From: an uncultured Alphaproteobacteria bacterium
GTDB taxonomy: Bacteria > Pseudomonadota > Alphaproteobacteria > Rhizobiales > Methyloligellaceae
Assembly (NCBI GenBank): GCA_963804705.1
Contig: CAWDRM010000018.1
Span: 343,675-407,674 of the forward strand
DNA length: 64,000 nucleotides
Reading direction: 5' to 3'
Below, piece by piece: positions 53,557 to 64,000 of the stretch (within the stretch, counting starts at the first letter, position 1; every line of letters begins with the position of its first letter). The position numbers and the translations under genes were made by a program. The notes under the pieces are model-generated. The model saw only the letters and a list, made by a program, of their open reading frames with translations, had not been told where the DNA came from and made no database searches.

Positions 53557-56500
53557 CCCGCGACGGCACCTGGCAGTTCTGCATCGACCGGGGCGGCACC
53601 TTCACCGACATCGTGGCGCGGGCGCCGGACGGGCGGCTCCACACCCACAAGCTCCTCTCCGATAATCCAGAAGCTTATGCGGACGCGGCGACCGCCGGCA
53701 TCGCCGATCTGCTCGGATGCCCGCGGGGGCGCCCGCTGCCGCCGGAGTTGATCGGAAGCGTTAAGATGGGCACCACGGTTGCGACCAACGCGCTGCTCGA
53801 GCGCAAGGGCGACCCCGTGCTGTTGCTGGTGAGCCATGGCTTCCGGGACGCGCTCGAGATCGGCTATCAGGCCAGGCCCAAGATCTTTGCGCGGAGAATA
53901 GAGAAGCCCTCGATGCTCTATGCCCGCGTCGCCGAGGTGCCCGAGCGGGTTCGCGCCAACGGGGCGATCGAGACGCCGCTCGATCTTGAAGCGACTCGTG
54001 TCGCGCTCGACGCCGCGCGCGGCGACGGCATCGATGCGGTCGCCATCGTCTTCATGCACGCGTATGCTTATCCGGACCATGAGCGCCAGGCTGCGCGCCT
54101 TGCTCGCGACGCGGGCTTCGCGCAAATCTCGGTGAGCCATGAGGTGAGCCCGCTGGTGAAGTTCGTCGGGCGCGGCGACACCACTGTGGTCGACGCCTAT
54201 CTATCGCCGCTGCTGCGGAGATATGTCGACCGCGTCGCCGCCGCGCTTTCATCCCTCTCCAAACTCTTATTCATGCAGTCCTCGGGCGGGCTCATTTCGG
54301 CTCAACTGTTCAGGGGCAAGGACGCCATCCTGTCCGGTCCCGCTGGTGGCGTGGTCGGCGCGGTGGAGACCGCGCGCATTGCGGGCTTCCCCCGCGTGCT
54401 CGGCTTCGACATGGGCGGCACCTCGACCGATGTCTGCCATTTCGACGGCGCTTATGAGCGGAGCTTCGAGAGCGTGGTCGCGGGCGTGCGCGTACGCGCG
54501 GCGATGATGCTGATCCATACCGTCGCGGCGGGCGGCGGCTCGATCCTCCATTACGACAGCGCGCGCTTTCGTGTTGGTCCGGATTCCGCGGGCGCGGTGC
54601 CTGGACCCGCCTGCTATCGCCGCGACGGCCCGCTCACCGTGACCGACGCCAATGTGATGGTGGGGAAGCTCGTGCCTTCCTACTTCCCCAAGATCTTTGG
54701 ACCCGGTCAGGACCAGCCGATCGATGCCGAGACCGTGCAATCCCATTTCGCCGCGCTGGCTGCCGAGATCGGTGACGGCCGGGAGCCGGCTGAGGTCGCC
54801 GACGGCTTCATCAGGATCGCGATCGAAAACATGGCGAACGCGATCAAGACCATCTCGGTGCAGCGGGGCTACGACGTCGCGGACTATGTGCTGAACACCT
54901 TCGGTGGCGCCGGCGGCCAGCATGCCTGCCTCGTCGCCGATGCGCTCTGGCTCAAGCGCGTGCTGATCCATCCTTTGTCGGGGGTGCTTTCGGCTTACGG
55001 CATGGGGCTCGCCGAGCTTAAGGCCACGCGCACCCAAGCAGTGCTGCGCCGGCTCGACGCGGACGGCCTTGCCGCGGCGGAGGCTTTGGCAGCGCCGTTA
55101 GCGGCAGAAGCAACCGAGGAGCTTGTGAGCCAGGGCGTGCCAACCGCCGGCATTCGCGTGTTGTGCCAGACGCATCTCCGCTATCTCGGCACCGATAGCT
55201 CTCTCCCGGTCTCGCTGAAAACCCTTGAAGATATGCGAGCGCAATTCGAGGCGATGCACCGGCAGCGTTTCGGCTTTGTCAGCCCTGACAAGCCGATCGA
55301 GATAGAGGCGATCGAGGTCGAGGCGCTTGGCGGCGGCGAGCATCCGCATGAGCCGGATCTGCCCATCTCGACAGACAGGCTGCCGGAGCCTGTGACAACC
55401 ACGAGGCTCTACACTGGCAGCGCGTGGCACGAGGCTCCGGTGTTCATGCGCGAGCAGCTGAGACCCGGACTTTGCATCGGCGGCCCGGCGCTGATCATCG
55501 AGCCGCATCAGACCGTGGTGGTCGAGCCCCATTGGCAGGCGGAGGTGACGCGGAAAGATCATCTGCTGCTCGCCCGCTTAGGCCGGCGCGAGACCCGCGA
55601 GATCCTCGATACCAAGCCGGACCCGGTGCTGCTCGAAGTGTTCAACACCCTGTTCAGGGCAATCGCCGAGCAGATGGGTTACGCGCTGCAAAACACCGCG
55701 CGCTCGGTCAACATCAAGGAGCGGCTCGACTTCTCCTGCGCCATTTTCGATTCAGCCGGCCGCCTCGTCGCCAACGCCCCACATATCCCGGTGCATCTCG
55801 GTTCCATGGACCGCAGCGTCGAGACGGTGCGGCGCGAGGTGGGCGCGGAGCTCGCCCCCGGCGATGTGTGGATGCTGAACGCGCCCTATAATGGCGGCAC
55901 GCATCTTCCCGACATCACCGTGGTGACGCCGGTCTTTGCCGATGATGGCGCGGAGATCCTCTTCTTCGTCGCGGCGCGTGGCCACCATGCCGATATTGGC
56001 GGCATCACGCCTGGCTCGATGAGCCCGAAGGCCAAGCGCATCGAAGAGGAAGGCATCTATATCGACCCGTTCAAGCTCGTGGAGGCAGGCCGCTTCCGCG
56101 AGGAGGCGGTGCTCGCGCTGCTCACTCAAGGCCCCTACCCGGCCCGCGACCCTGCGCAGAACATCGCCGATTTGAAGGCGCAAGCCGCAGCCAACGCGAA
56201 AGGCGTCGAGGAGCTGCGCAAGATGGTGGCCCGTTACGGGCTCGAGGTCGTGCAAGCCTATATGGCTCACGTCCAGGACAACGCCGCGGCAAGCGTGGCG
56301 CGGGTGATCGACCGGCTCGAGCCGGCAAGCTTCGCGGTGGAGACCGACACCGGCGCACGGATCAAAGTGGCGATCGGCATCGACCGCGTGGCCCGAAAGG
56401 CGATCGTCGATTTCACCGGCACCAGCGGACAACAGCCTGACACCTTCAACGCGCCGGAGCCGATCACCCGAGCCTGCGTGCTCTATGTGTTCCGCACCCT

Positions 56501-57158
56501 GGTCGACGACGACATTCCGCTGAACGCCGGCTGCTTGCGGCATATCGAGATCGTCATCCCGGAACCCTCGATGCTCGCGCCCCGTTACCCGGCCGCGGTC
56601 GCCGCCGGCAATGTGGAGACGAGCCAGACCATCGTGAATTGCCTCTACGGCGCGCTTCAAGTGCTTGGTTCGGCGCAAGGCACCATGAACAATCTCACCT
56701 TCGGCAATGCGCGCGCGCAATATTACGAGACGATCTGCTCGGGCGCGCCGGCGGGCCCGGGCTTCGACGGCGCCGCGGCGGTGCAGACCCATATGACCAA
56801 TTCGCGGCTCACCGACCCCGAGGTGCTGGAGCTCCGCTATCCCGTACTCTTGGAGCGCTTCGAGATCCGGCGCGGCTCTGGCGGCAAGGGCCAATGGCAC
56901 GCCGGCGACGGCACGCTTCGTGTCATTCGCTTCTTAGAGCGAATGGAATGCGCGATCCTGTCCGGCTTCCGGCGCGTGCGGCCCTTCGGGCTCAATGGCG
57001 GTGAGCCAGGAGAGGCTGGGGCAAATTGGGTCCGGCGGAACGATGGGCGTATCGAGAGCTTGGACGCTTGCGCCCAGATCGCGCTTGAGCCTGGCGAGGC
57101 TATCATCATCGAGCCCCCCACCGGCGGAGGCTTCGGCGACCCACGCGAGCGGATATGA
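53553..57158 (+). CDS. hydantoinase/5-oxoprolinase family protein (fused HyuA-HyuB, 1201 aa)
   Basis: [23 protein letters not shown].. (hydantoinase A N-terminus) through ..[39 protein letters not shown].. (hydantoinase B). ATG 53553 forms an ATGA overlap with the upstream stop. Confidence 0.9.
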   Translation: MTRDGTWQFCIDRGGTFTDIVARAPDGRLHTHKLLSDNPEAYADAATAGIADLLGCPRGRPLPPELIGSVKMGTTVATNALLERKGDPVLLLVSHGFRDALEIGYQARPKIFARRIEKPSMLYARVAEVPERVRANGAIETPLDLEATRVALDAARGDGIDAVAIVFMHAYAYPDHERQAARLARDAGFAQISVSHEVSPLVKFVGRGDTTVVDAYLSPLLRRYVDRVAAALSSLSKLLFMQSSGGLISAQLFRGKDAILSGPAGGVVGAVETARIAGFPRVLGFDMGGTSTDVCHFDGAYERSFESVVAGVRVRAAMMLIHTVAAGGGSILHYDSARFRVGPDSAGAVPGPACYRRDGPLTVTDANVMVGKLVPSYFPKIFGPGQDQPIDAETVQSHFAALAAEIGDGREPAEVADGFIRIAIENMANAIKTISVQRGYDVADYVLNTFGGAGGQHACLVADALWLKRVLIHPLSGVLSAYGMGLAELKATRTQAVLRRLDADGLAAAEALAAPLAAEATEELVSQGVPTAGIRVLCQTHLRYLGTDSSLPVSLKTLEDMRAQFEAMHRQRFGFVSPDKPIEIEAIEVEALGGGEHPHEPDLPISTDRLPEPVTTTRLYTGSAWHEAPVFMREQLRPGLCIGGPALIIEPHQTVVVEPHWQAEVTRKDHLLLARLGRRETREILDTKPDPVLLEVFNTLFRAIAEQMGYALQNTARSVNIKERLDFSCAIFDSAGRLVANAPHIPVHLGSMDRSVETVRREVGAELAPGDVWMLNAPYNGGTHLPDITVVTPVFADDGAEILFFVAARGHHADIGGITPGSMSPKAKRIEEEGIYIDPFKLVEAGRFREEAVLALLTQGPYPARDPAQNIADLKAQAAANAKGVEELRKMVARYGLEVVQAYMAHVQDNAAASVARVIDRLEPASFAVETDTGARIKVAIGIDRVARKAIVDFTGTSGQQPDTFNAPEPITRACVLYVFRTLVDDDIPLNAGCLRHIEIVIPEPSMLAPRYPAAVAAGNVETSQTIVNCLYGALQVLGSAQGTMNNLTFGNARAQYYETICSGAPAGPGFDGAAAVQTHMTNSRLTDPEVLELRYPVLLERFEIRRGSGGKGQWHAGDGTLRVIRFLERMECAILSGFRRVRPFGLNGGEPGEAGANWVRRNDGRIESLDACAQIALEPGEAIIIEPPTGGGFGDPRERI

Positions 57159-57232
57159 CAAGCAAAAATGGGCGCGGGATCGAAATCCCGCGCTCTTCGC
57201 GTCGTTGCCTCTCTTGGTGTTCGCGGGCGGCC

Positions 57233-57625
57233 TTAGGCGCCCGAGGACGTTGGCCTCGGACCCGCCTGTCCGCGCTCGGCCATGAACTGGTCGAACTCCG
57301 CCTTGTCCTTCGCCTTGCGCAGGCGCTGCAGGAAGGACTGGAACTCACCAGCCTCCTCTTCCAGCCGCCGCAAGGTCTCCTCGCGATACTCGTCGAAGGC
57401 CGCGTTGCCGGTCGAGCGGAGCGGACCAAAGCCGCCCCCGAAGCGCCGCGCCTCCTGCATAAAATGCTGCTTCCATTGCAGTTTATTTCCGCATCCCATG
57501 CGACCACTCCAGATCAGATAGGCCAAGACCCCAAGCCCAATGGGCCACCACAGCAGGAAGCCTACGATCATCGCAATGATCCAGGCGGGCTTCCCGTAAT
57601 CGTCCAAGGTCGAAACCAGCTGCAT
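57233..57625 (-). CDS. DUF2852-like small membrane protein
   Basis: MQLVSTLDDYGKPAWIIAMIVGFLLWWPIGLGVLAYLIWSGRM.. followed by a charged helical tail. The family assignment is from memory. Confidence 0.65.
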   Translation of the reverse strand: MQLVSTLDDYGKPAWIIAMIVGFLLWWPIGLGVLAYLIWSGRMGCGNKLQWKQHFMQEARRFGGGFGPLRSTGNAAFDEYREETLRRLEEEAGEFQSFLQRLRKAKDKAEFDQFMAERGQAGPRPTSSGA

Positions 57626-57643
57626 TGAAGACCCTTCCTTCAG

Positions 57644-57666
57644 TGTGAATGTTATTCACATTCACA
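57644..57666. promoter_or_regulatory. operator-like palindrome upstream of the DUF2852 gene
   Basis: TGTGAATG-N7-CATTCACA, including a perfect GTGAAT-GTT-ATTCAC and a tandem ATTCACATTCAC, 19-41 nt upstream of ATG 57625. Confidence 0.35.
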
Positions 57667-57730
57667 TAGGTGGCCTCGCTCTGTCCAGAGTCAAGGGAGC
57701 ACATAAAATGTGATCGGTGAGGCTCGGAAA

Positions 57731-58384
57731 CTAGGGGGTGGCGACGGCCTTGTCGTCAGGGAGAATCCCCAGGCCGCGCAGATAGATCAGCATCGCCGAT
57801 TCGAGGATCTCCTCGGGGCTGAGCGGCGGCTTGGCGGCGCCGGGCATCCTCTGCACGAACAAATCCGCAACACCGTGCGACAGCGCCCAGACATGCAGGC
57901 TCATCATCCGCACCGGCGGCCGCTGGTCCGGCGGAAGCGTCTGGCAGAGGGACGCGGCCGCGCGGCGGAGAACGTCGAAGGCGCGATCGGCCGCAGCCTT
58001 GAGCTCTGGATCCTCGCTCGGGCCGAGCCGCGCCTCGAACATCACCGCATAGCTCGCGGGCTCGTCGCGGGCGAAGGCAAGGTAAGCGTGGCCAAGATTT
58101 TCGAACGCCGAGAGCGGAGTGGGTATGCCGTTGTTCCAGGCGGTGTCGAGCTTGGCGGCGAAGCGGACGAAGCCGTTGCGGGCGACCTCGGCGAGCAGCG
58201 CGTCGCGGTCGCGGAAATGCCGGTAGGGCGCCGCGGGGCTGACGCCGGCAAGCCTCGCCGCCTCGGTGAGACTGAATCCGATCGGCCCGTGCTGCTCGAT
58301 GAGCTTGCGCGCGGCCTCGAGCAGGACCTCTTTCAGATTGCCGTGGTGATAGGAGCGCGGCCGGCGCTGATCATCGGGGCCCAT
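57731..58384 (-). CDS. TetR/AcrR-family transcriptional regulator
   Basis: 217 aa with N-terminal HTH ..LLEAARKLIEQHGPIGFSLTEAARLAGVSPAAPYRHFRDRDALL... Confidence 0.85.
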   Translation of the reverse strand: MGPDDQRRPRSYHHGNLKEVLLEAARKLIEQHGPIGFSLTEAARLAGVSPAAPYRHFRDRDALLAEVARNGFVRFAAKLDTAWNNGIPTPLSAFENLGHAYLAFARDEPASYAVMFEARLGPSEDPELKAAADRAFDVLRRAAASLCQTLPPDQRPPVRMMSLHVWALSHGVADLFVQRMPGAAKPPLSPEEILESAMLIYLRGLGILPDDKAVATP

Positions 58385-58584
58385 GTGAAGGGCTTTTACA
58401 TGAAACCGCCCATCGCTGCCAGGAGCAGAGGAATAGATGGCTTTCAGACGCCGACTTCGCCGTTAATCATGCTCCGCAGCCATGACGCCTCGCGGCCAAT
58501 TGACGCCGGGCCCTATTTCGCCTCAGCCGAGCCTTCGGCGAATGCTCAGAATGATTTTAGGGGGGGACCGCGGAGGAGGGTCCC

Positions 58585-59743
58585 ATGAACAAGCACGAAC
58601 CGTTCGCGCCCGTCGCGGCGCGCCAGCCGAGCCATTGGCGCAGCCTTTCCCCTCTAACCTCCACCCTTGCGGGGCTCGCGAGCTGCATCCTCGCTTTCGC
58701 CTTTCAGGGGCCGCTATTCGGCCACCTCGACAATTATCCACTCACCATCCTGGTATTCATCTGGCTGTTCGGGCTGATGCTGTGGTGCGCCTTCACCGTG
58801 GTGCGCCACGCCGACGCCGTCGCGGCGCATCTCGGCGAGCCTTACGGCACCCTCGTCCTCACCATCGCGGTGATCATCATCGAGGTCTCGCTCATCACCT
58901 CGATCATCTTGCATGGCGAGAACGACCCGACGCTCGCCCGCGACGCCATGTTTGCCACCTTAATGATCGTGCTGAACGGCATGATTGGCACGGCGCTGCT
59001 CATGGGGGCTGCGCTATTGGGAACAGGAATACAATCTCGAAGGCGCGCGCTCCCTTCTGGTGGTCATCGCCTCGCTCGCCGTGTTTGCGCTGATCCTTCC
59101 CGATTTCACCAAGACGCAGCCAGATCCCAGCATCTCGCCGTTCCAGGCCACTCTATTCGCCGGGATCACGATCCTATTCTACGCGGTCTTTCTCGCCATT
59201 CAGACCATGCGGCATCGGGCTTTCTTCGCTCAGCCGATCAACGGCAATAGTGAAGCCGCCGCCTACGCCGCGCATCGCCACAAGAAGAGAGGGCCGCTCG
59301 GCTACCACGTCGTCATGCTCCTGTTGACGCTCGCGCCCGCCGTTATGCTCTCGCAATTTCTCGCCATTATCGTCGATTTCGGCATCGAGCATCTTGGCGC
59401 CCCGGCGCCGCTTGGCGGCATTCTCGTCGCCATTCTCGTGCTCTCGCCGGAGGGCCTCACCGCTTTCAACGCGGCATTCGCGAACCAATTGCAGCGGGCC
59501 GTGAATGGCTGCCCGGGCTCGGCGCTCGCCACGATCGGGCTGACCATTCCGGCGGTGCTGGCCATCGGGCTATGCACCGGCTATGAGGTGCATCTTGGCC
59601 TGGACCGCGTCGACGCCTCGCTTCTCGTCCTTACCCTATTCGTGAGCGCACTCACCTTCGGCGGCACCCGAACCAATGTGCTCCAGGGCACCGTGCATCT
59701 TTTGCTGTTCGTGGTCTATATCGCACTCATCTTCAGCCCTTAG
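58585..59743 (+). pseudogene. chaA: Ca2+/H+ antiporter (ChaA-like, CaCA family) with -1 frameshift in a G5 run
   Basis: ORF 58585..59250 reads ..LGEPYGTLVLTIAVIIIEVSLI..LNGMIGTALLMG, then junk. ORF 58985..59743 continues GLRYWEQEYNLEGARSLLVV..LVAILVLSPEGLTAF... The junction lies at GGGGG 59004-59008, and six G would restore ..LLMGGLRYWEQ... Confidence 0.8.
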
Positions 59744-59954
59744 TACGGCGGGGGTCGTGGCCATAAAAGTTGCGCTCGCGCAAATGGCCGTCCTTGCCGT
59801 GGAGCAGAGCCTCGGATCGCTCTCTGCGGGCGATGGACTTGGCCTTCTCCCAGGCCTCGCCCTGGGTCTTAAAGATCAAGGTGGGGGCGCTGGCGCCCTC
59901 GGCCGTCACCGCCCAGCCATTGTCATGCACGACCACATGCTGGTTCCTGCCCAT
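59733..59954 (-). CDS. DUF2188-like small protein (73 aa)
   Basis: MGRNQHVVVHDNGWAVTAEGASAPTLIFKTQGEAWEKAKSIARRERSEALLHGKDGHLRERNFYGHDP... Start at ATG 59954. Confidence 0.6.
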   Translation of the reverse strand: MGRNQHVVVHDNGWAVTAEGASAPTLIFKTQGEAWEKAKSIARRERSEALLHGKDGHLRERNFYGHDPRRTKG

Positions 59955-60096
59955 AATGGCTCCTCCCCCGCGATCCAGCCGACTATAGCCCCGACAAGGG
60001 CAGAAGACGAACCGACCATGGAAGCGCAAACCATTGGCAGCAGGGCCTTGCGCGCTCTAGAGTGGCCACGCGATGCAGCAGAGTTCCTAAATCGAC

Positions 60097-60603
60097 ATGA
60101 CCGGCCGGCGCCTGAGCTCGAGCGAGATGTTGCTGGTCGGGTGGCGCGAATGGGTGCGGCTTGCCGATCTCGGCGTTGCCGCCATCAAGGCCAAGATCGA
60201 TACCGGGGCGCGGACCAGCGCGCTGCACGCCTTCGCCGTCGAACCCTTCCGGCGCAGCGGCGCGCTGTGGGTGCGCTTCGAGGTGCATCCGATGCAGCGG
60301 AGCAACGCGGTGAAGATCAAATGCGAGGCCCCGGCCATCGACGAGCGCGCCGTGCGCAACTCCGGCGGACAGGTGGAGCTCCGCTACATCATCGAAACGC
60401 ATCTGATGCTCGGCGACCGATCCTGGCCGATCGAGCTCGCGCTCGCCGATCGCGACCAGATGGGATTTCGCATGCTGCTCGGGCGCACGGCGCTGGAAGG
60501 CCGGGCGCTGATCGAGCCGGGCCGCTCATTTGTGGTGGGCCAGCGGCCACGCCGCGCGAGGCAGGCCCGGCCAGCGCTTGAGCCGAGCAAGGCGCTGCCC
60601 TAG
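60097..60603 (+). CDS. retropepsin-like protease of the 'putative ATP-dependent zinc protease' family (RimK partner)
   Basis: ..[33 protein letters not shown].. (DTG aspartic-protease-type motif). It sits immediately upstream of rimK, the usual pairing. Confidence 0.8.
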   Translation: MTGRRLSSSEMLLVGWREWVRLADLGVAAIKAKIDTGARTSALHAFAVEPFRRSGALWVRFEVHPMQRSNAVKIKCEAPAIDERAVRNSGGQVELRYIIETHLMLGDRSWPIELALADRDQMGFRMLLGRTALEGRALIEPGRSFVVGQRPRRARQARPALEPSKALP

Positions 60604-60632
60604 ACCCTTATCGCCCAAAGACGGGAAGGCCC

Positions 60633-61538
60633 ATGAAGATCGCGTTGCTCGCGCGCAATCCCCATCTCTATAGCCATCAGCGCATCTGCGAGGCGGCGCG
60701 CACGCGCGGCCATGAGATCGAGGTGCTCAACACCTTGCGCGTGTCGATCAACATCACCTCGCGGCGGCCGATGCTCTATTACCGCAAACGGCGGCTCGAA
60801 GATTTCGACGCGGTGATCCCGCGCATCGGCGCCTCGATTACCTTTTACGGTCTCGCCGTGCTGCGTCAGTTCGAGGTGATGGGCGTCTATCCCTTGAACG
60901 AGTCCGTCGCCATCGGCCGCAGCCGCGACAAGCTGCGCTGCCTGCAGCTACTCGCGCGACGCGGCATCGGGCTGCCCGTCACCGCCTACACCAATGACCC
61001 GAAACAGGCCGAGGACGTCATCGACCTCGTCGGCGGCGCGCCGGTGGTGATCAAGCTGCTCGAAGGCACGCAAGGAATCGGCGTGGTGCTGGGCGAGACG
61101 GTGAAGTCGGCCAAGTCGGTGATCGAGGCGTTCCAGGGGGCGAACGTCAACATCCTGGTGCAACAATTCATCAAGGAGGCGAACTCCACCGACATTCGGG
61201 CGCTCGTTATCGGCGACCGCGTGGTCGCGGCGATGCAGCGGCGAGGACCGCCCGGCGAGTTCCGTTCCAATTTGCATTGCGGTGGCTTGGGCGAGATGGT
61301 GCGCATCACCCCACAGGAGCGGGCGATGGCGGTGAAGGCCGCGCACACGCTGGGCCTCAATGTCTGCGGCGTGGACATGCTCCGCTCCAAGAACGGGCCG
61401 CTGGTGATGGAGCTCAATTCCTCACCCGGCATCGAGGGGCTGGAAAAGGCGTCGGGCGTCGACGTGGCCGATTTGATGATCGAGTTCCTGGAGCGCAACG
61501 CCCCGCATGGCAACACCCGCACCAAGGGCAAAGGCTGA
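60633..61538 (+). CDS. rimK: ribosomal protein S6--L-glutamate ligase (ATP-grasp)
   Basis: [60 protein letters not shown]... Confidence 0.9.
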   Translation: MKIALLARNPHLYSHQRICEAARTRGHEIEVLNTLRVSINITSRRPMLYYRKRRLEDFDAVIPRIGASITFYGLAVLRQFEVMGVYPLNESVAIGRSRDKLRCLQLLARRGIGLPVTAYTNDPKQAEDVIDLVGGAPVVIKLLEGTQGIGVVLGETVKSAKSVIEAFQGANVNILVQQFIKEANSTDIRALVIGDRVVAAMQRRGPPGEFRSNLHCGGLGEMVRITPQERAMAVKAAHTLGLNVCGVDMLRSKNGPLVMELNSSPGIEGLEKASGVDVADLMIEFLERNAPHGNTRTKGKG

Positions 61539-61615
61539 CCGGCGCCCCAAGGCGGACACGCCGGAACGGCGGAGCGGCGGCTATTGTTATAGGATCGTCG
61601 CCTAGGGAGAAGCGG

Positions 61616-63151
61616 ATGGCAGAAGGTCCGGCCGAGCTTAGCGGCCCCGATCTGGCCGAGGGCGTTGCCCTCGCTGACCTTGCCGACGGCGGCAAGCTCG
61701 TCGGTTATGCCGGCGGGGAACCTATTCTGCTCGTCCGTCGCGGGCGGGAGGTGTTCGCGGTCGGGGCGCAATGCACACATTACAACGGTCCGTTGGTGGA
61801 GGGACTCGTCGTCAGCGATACCGTCCGCTGCCCCTGGCATCACGCCTGCTTCGACTTGCGCACGGGTGAGGCCTTGCGCGCGCCGGCCTTAAGTCCCGTT
61901 GTGTGCTGGTCCGTCGAACAGCGCGACGGCAAGATTTTCGTGGGGAAGAAGCGGCCGCAGCCGAAACCCGAGCCACGTGGCAAGCCGACTGGCGCCGCGC
62001 CGGATCGGATCGTGATCGTTGGCGGAGGGGCCGCCGGATTCGCGGCAACAGAGATGCTTCGGCGTGAGGGCTTCCAGGGAAGCATTGTCATGCTGAGCGA
62101 TGACAATTCGCCTCCCGTCGACCGGCCGAACCTCTCCAAGGACTACCTCGCCGGTACAGCGCCGGAGGAATGGATGCCGCTGCGCGCCGACCGTTTCTAC
62201 GCCGAGAACAGCATCGACCTACGCCTCAACACAAGTGTCACCGGCATCGACGCGCAGGAGCGGAAGGTGCAGCTCGCCGATGGGCGCACGGTCCCCTATG
62301 ACCGGCTGCTGCTCGCAACCGGCGCCGAGCCGGTCAGGCTGTCGATCCCCGGAGCCGACCAGCCGCATGTGCGCACGTTGCGCTCGCTCGGCGACTGCCG
62401 GGCGATCATCGCGAATGCCAAGATGGCGCGCCGGGCTGTGGTCATGGGCGCGAGCTTCATCGGGCTGGAGGTTGCGGCGGCTCTCCGCGCCCGTGGACTT
62501 GAGGTGCATGTGGTCGCGCCCGACAAGCGGCCAATGGAGCGTGTTATGGGGTCGCAAATGGGTGACTTCGTCCGGTCGCTCCACGAGGAGCGCGGTGTCG
62601 TTTTCCACCTCGACGACATGGCGACCGCCATCGATGGCAAGCAGGTAAAGCTCAAAAGCGGCGGTACGCTTGAAGCAGATTTCATGGTCGCCGGGATCGG
62701 CGTGCGGCCGCGCATCGCGCTCGCCGAAGCTGCCGGGCTCGCCATCGATCGCGGCGTTAGCGTCAACGCCTATCTCGAAACGAGCGAGCCGACGATTCTG
62801 GCCGCCGGCGACATAGCGCGGTGGCCCGATCCCTATAGCGGAGAGAAGATCCGGGTCGAGCATTGGGTGGTTGCCGAACGCCAAGGTCAAACCGCCGCGC
62901 TCAACATGCTCGGGCATCGGGAAAAATTCGACGCCGTTCCGTTCTTCTGGAGCCAGCACTACGACGTCTCGATCAACTATGTCGGCCACGCCGAGCAATG
63001 GGACGAGCTCGCGATCGAGGGCGATATCGCCGGAAAGGACTGCCTGCTGCGGTTCAAGCGCCAGGGGCGCGTGCTCGCGCTCGTTACGATTTTCCGCGAC
63101 GTCGCAAGTCTGGAGGCCGAGCTGACGATGGAGCAGCAGGCCGCGCAATAA
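61616..63151 (+). CDS. Rieske [2Fe-2S] domain fused to FAD/NAD(P)-dependent oxidoreductase (ferredoxin-reductase/AIF-like)
   Basis: Rieske ligands CTHYNGPL..CPWHHACF. Dinucleotide folds IVIVGGGAAGFA and VVMGASFIGLEVAA. ATG 61616 with a GGGAGA SD. The upstream part of ORF 61277..63151 overlaps rimK and is spurious. Confidence 0.85.
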   Translation: MAEGPAELSGPDLAEGVALADLADGGKLVGYAGGEPILLVRRGREVFAVGAQCTHYNGPLVEGLVVSDTVRCPWHHACFDLRTGEALRAPALSPVVCWSVEQRDGKIFVGKKRPQPKPEPRGKPTGAAPDRIVIVGGGAAGFAATEMLRREGFQGSIVMLSDDNSPPVDRPNLSKDYLAGTAPEEWMPLRADRFYAENSIDLRLNTSVTGIDAQERKVQLADGRTVPYDRLLLATGAEPVRLSIPGADQPHVRTLRSLGDCRAIIANAKMARRAVVMGASFIGLEVAAALRARGLEVHVVAPDKRPMERVMGSQMGDFVRSLHEERGVVFHLDDMATAIDGKQVKLKSGGTLEADFMVAGIGVRPRIALAEAAGLAIDRGVSVNAYLETSEPTILAAGDIARWPDPYSGEKIRVEHWVVAERQGQTAALNMLGHREKFDAVPFFWSQHYDVSINYVGHAEQWDELAIEGDIAGKDCLLRFKRQGRVLALVTIFRDVASLEAELTMEQQAAQ

Positions 63152-63187
63152 GTTGGTCGTACGGAATCGTTCGGCGTGGCGCCTGAC

Positions 63188-63556
63188 TTATCGTCCCAGG
63201 AGAAGATCGCGCAGCACGACAGCGTCGTTGTGCAGCTCGTCATGGGCCGAATAGACGAGGGTGACCGGGCCTTGTCTCGCCAATGCGCGGAGCTGTGCAA
63301 GCTGCTCGGGATGCTGTCGCACCTCGGCGGCGTAGCGCTGGCGAAATTCCTCCCAGCGGGTCGGATCGTGCCCGAACCATTTCCGTAGAGCGGTGCTCGG
63401 TGCGATGTCCTTGGCCCATTGATCGATGGCTGCATCTACCTTCCTGACCCCGCGCGGCCATAGCCGATCGATCAAGATCCGCACGCCGTCATCAGCTGAG
63501 GGACGCGCATAGGCCCGCTTCAACTTGACGTTCGCCGCCTTGACTGCGCCAGCCAC
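63188..63556 (-). CDS. DUF488 family protein
   Basis: ..KRAYARPSADDGVRILIDRLWPRGVRKVDAAIDQWAKDIAPSTALRKWFGHDPTRWEEF.. typical of the DUF488 (YeaO-like) family. Confidence 0.8.
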   Translation of the reverse strand: MAGAVKAANVKLKRAYARPSADDGVRILIDRLWPRGVRKVDAAIDQWAKDIAPSTALRKWFGHDPTRWEEFRQRYAAEVRQHPEQLAQLRALARQGPVTLVYSAHDELHNDAVVLRDLLLGR

Positions 63557-63561
63557 CGCGC

Positions 63562-64000
63562 TCAGGCCTCGGCTTCTTTGTCGAGCAGCGCGCGCTTCCG
63601 CCCGACGCCCCAGCGGTAGCCCGACAGCGAACCGTCCGTCCGCACCACGCGGTGGCAGGGAATCGCCACGGCGAGGTGGTTGGCGGCGCAGGCCCGCGCT
63701 ACGGCCCGAACCGATTTGGGCGAGCCGATGCTTTTAGCGACCTCCGCATAGCTCGCCGTGGCGCCGGCCGGGATGCGGCGCAACGCGTCCCAGACGCGAT
63801 GCTGAAATGCCGTGCCTCTAATATCCAGCGGAAGGTCGAGCCCGACGCCGGGAGATTCGACGAAGGCGATCACCTTGGCGGCGAGCTGCTCGTAAGCCGC
63901 ATCGCCGCCGACCAGCTCGGCGCGCGGAAACCGGTTTTCGAGATCGTGCAAGAGTGCCTCGGGATCGTCGCCGAGCAGAATGGCGCAGACGCCCCTCGTG
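63562..64000 (-). CDS. ogt: methylated-DNA--protein-cysteine methyltransferase (N-terminus beyond window end)
   Basis: ..GTAFQHRVWDALRRIPAGATASYAEVAKSIGSPKSVRAVARACAANHLAVAIPCHRVV.. with the PCHRV active site. The frame stays open to nt 64000 (..CAILLGDDPEALLHDLENRFP..). Confidence 0.85.
   Translation of the reverse strand, partial: TRGVCAILLGDDPEALLHDLENRFPRAELVGGDAAYEQLAAKVIAFVESPGVGLDLPLDIRGTAFQHRVWDALRRIPAGATASYAEVAKSIGSPKSVRAVARACAANHLAVAIPCHRVVRTDGSLSGYRWGVGRKRALLDKEAEA

Noticed and set aside
60097-61538. Retropepsin-like protease plus RimK as a novel system
   Set aside because: This gene pairing is well known and widely conserved, so it is ordinary.

Overview
High-GC chromosomal window that looks alphaproteobacterial (Rhizobiales/Hyphomicrobiales-like), judged from gene content and repeat types. 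No tools were run and the genus cannot be assigned. Nt 15.7-41.4 kb (minus strand) hold a complete, tightly packed dcw cell-division/cell-wall cluster: mraZ-rsmH-ftsL-ftsI-murE-murF-mraY-murD-ftsW-murG-murC-murB-ddl-ftsQ-ftsA-ftsZ, followed by lpxC, bamD, recN and ligA. The left part carries an AsmA-family gene that runs off the window, a D-lactate dehydrogenase-like FAD oxidase, hemolysin III, uvrD, a secreted S1 protease, prmA, aminopeptidase P and a SemiSWEET. The right part carries a gamma-carbonic-anhydrase-like protein, a fused 5-oxoprolinase, DUF2852, a TetR regulator, chaA, DUF2188, the rimK pair, a Rieske-FAD oxidoreductase, DUF488 and ogt. Main points: (1) A 2.3-kb IS1595-family element (9635-11962) has clear terminal inverted repeats and a GCTCTAC target duplication. 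Its transposase is broken twice, and it carries about 1.2 kb of lower-GC cargo. The cargo includes a small basic ORF placed divergently to a protein with an RNxxxH (HEPN-like) motif. This is my best candidate for an uncharacterised module, with modest support. (2) Between about 43 and 59 kb there is a striking concentration of inactivated accessory genes. These are a katG frameshift, a monofunctional-catalase stump, a collapsed TetR-SDR pair, frameshifted secreted and GYD genes, a gutted NCS2 permease and a chaA frameshift. More than 40 kb of housekeeping ORFs elsewhere are intact. (3) ftsL appears split, with a 15-nt tandem-repeat tail in another frame. (4) RNase P RNA (rnpB) is hidden under spurious ORFs. 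(5) A dispersed palindromic repeat family is present in 4 copies, one inside the dcw cluster, and its internal hairpins show compensatory changes. (6) Two divergent secreted proteins share a 3-Cys YHS-like module. No rRNA, tRNA or CRISPR array was recognised by eye.
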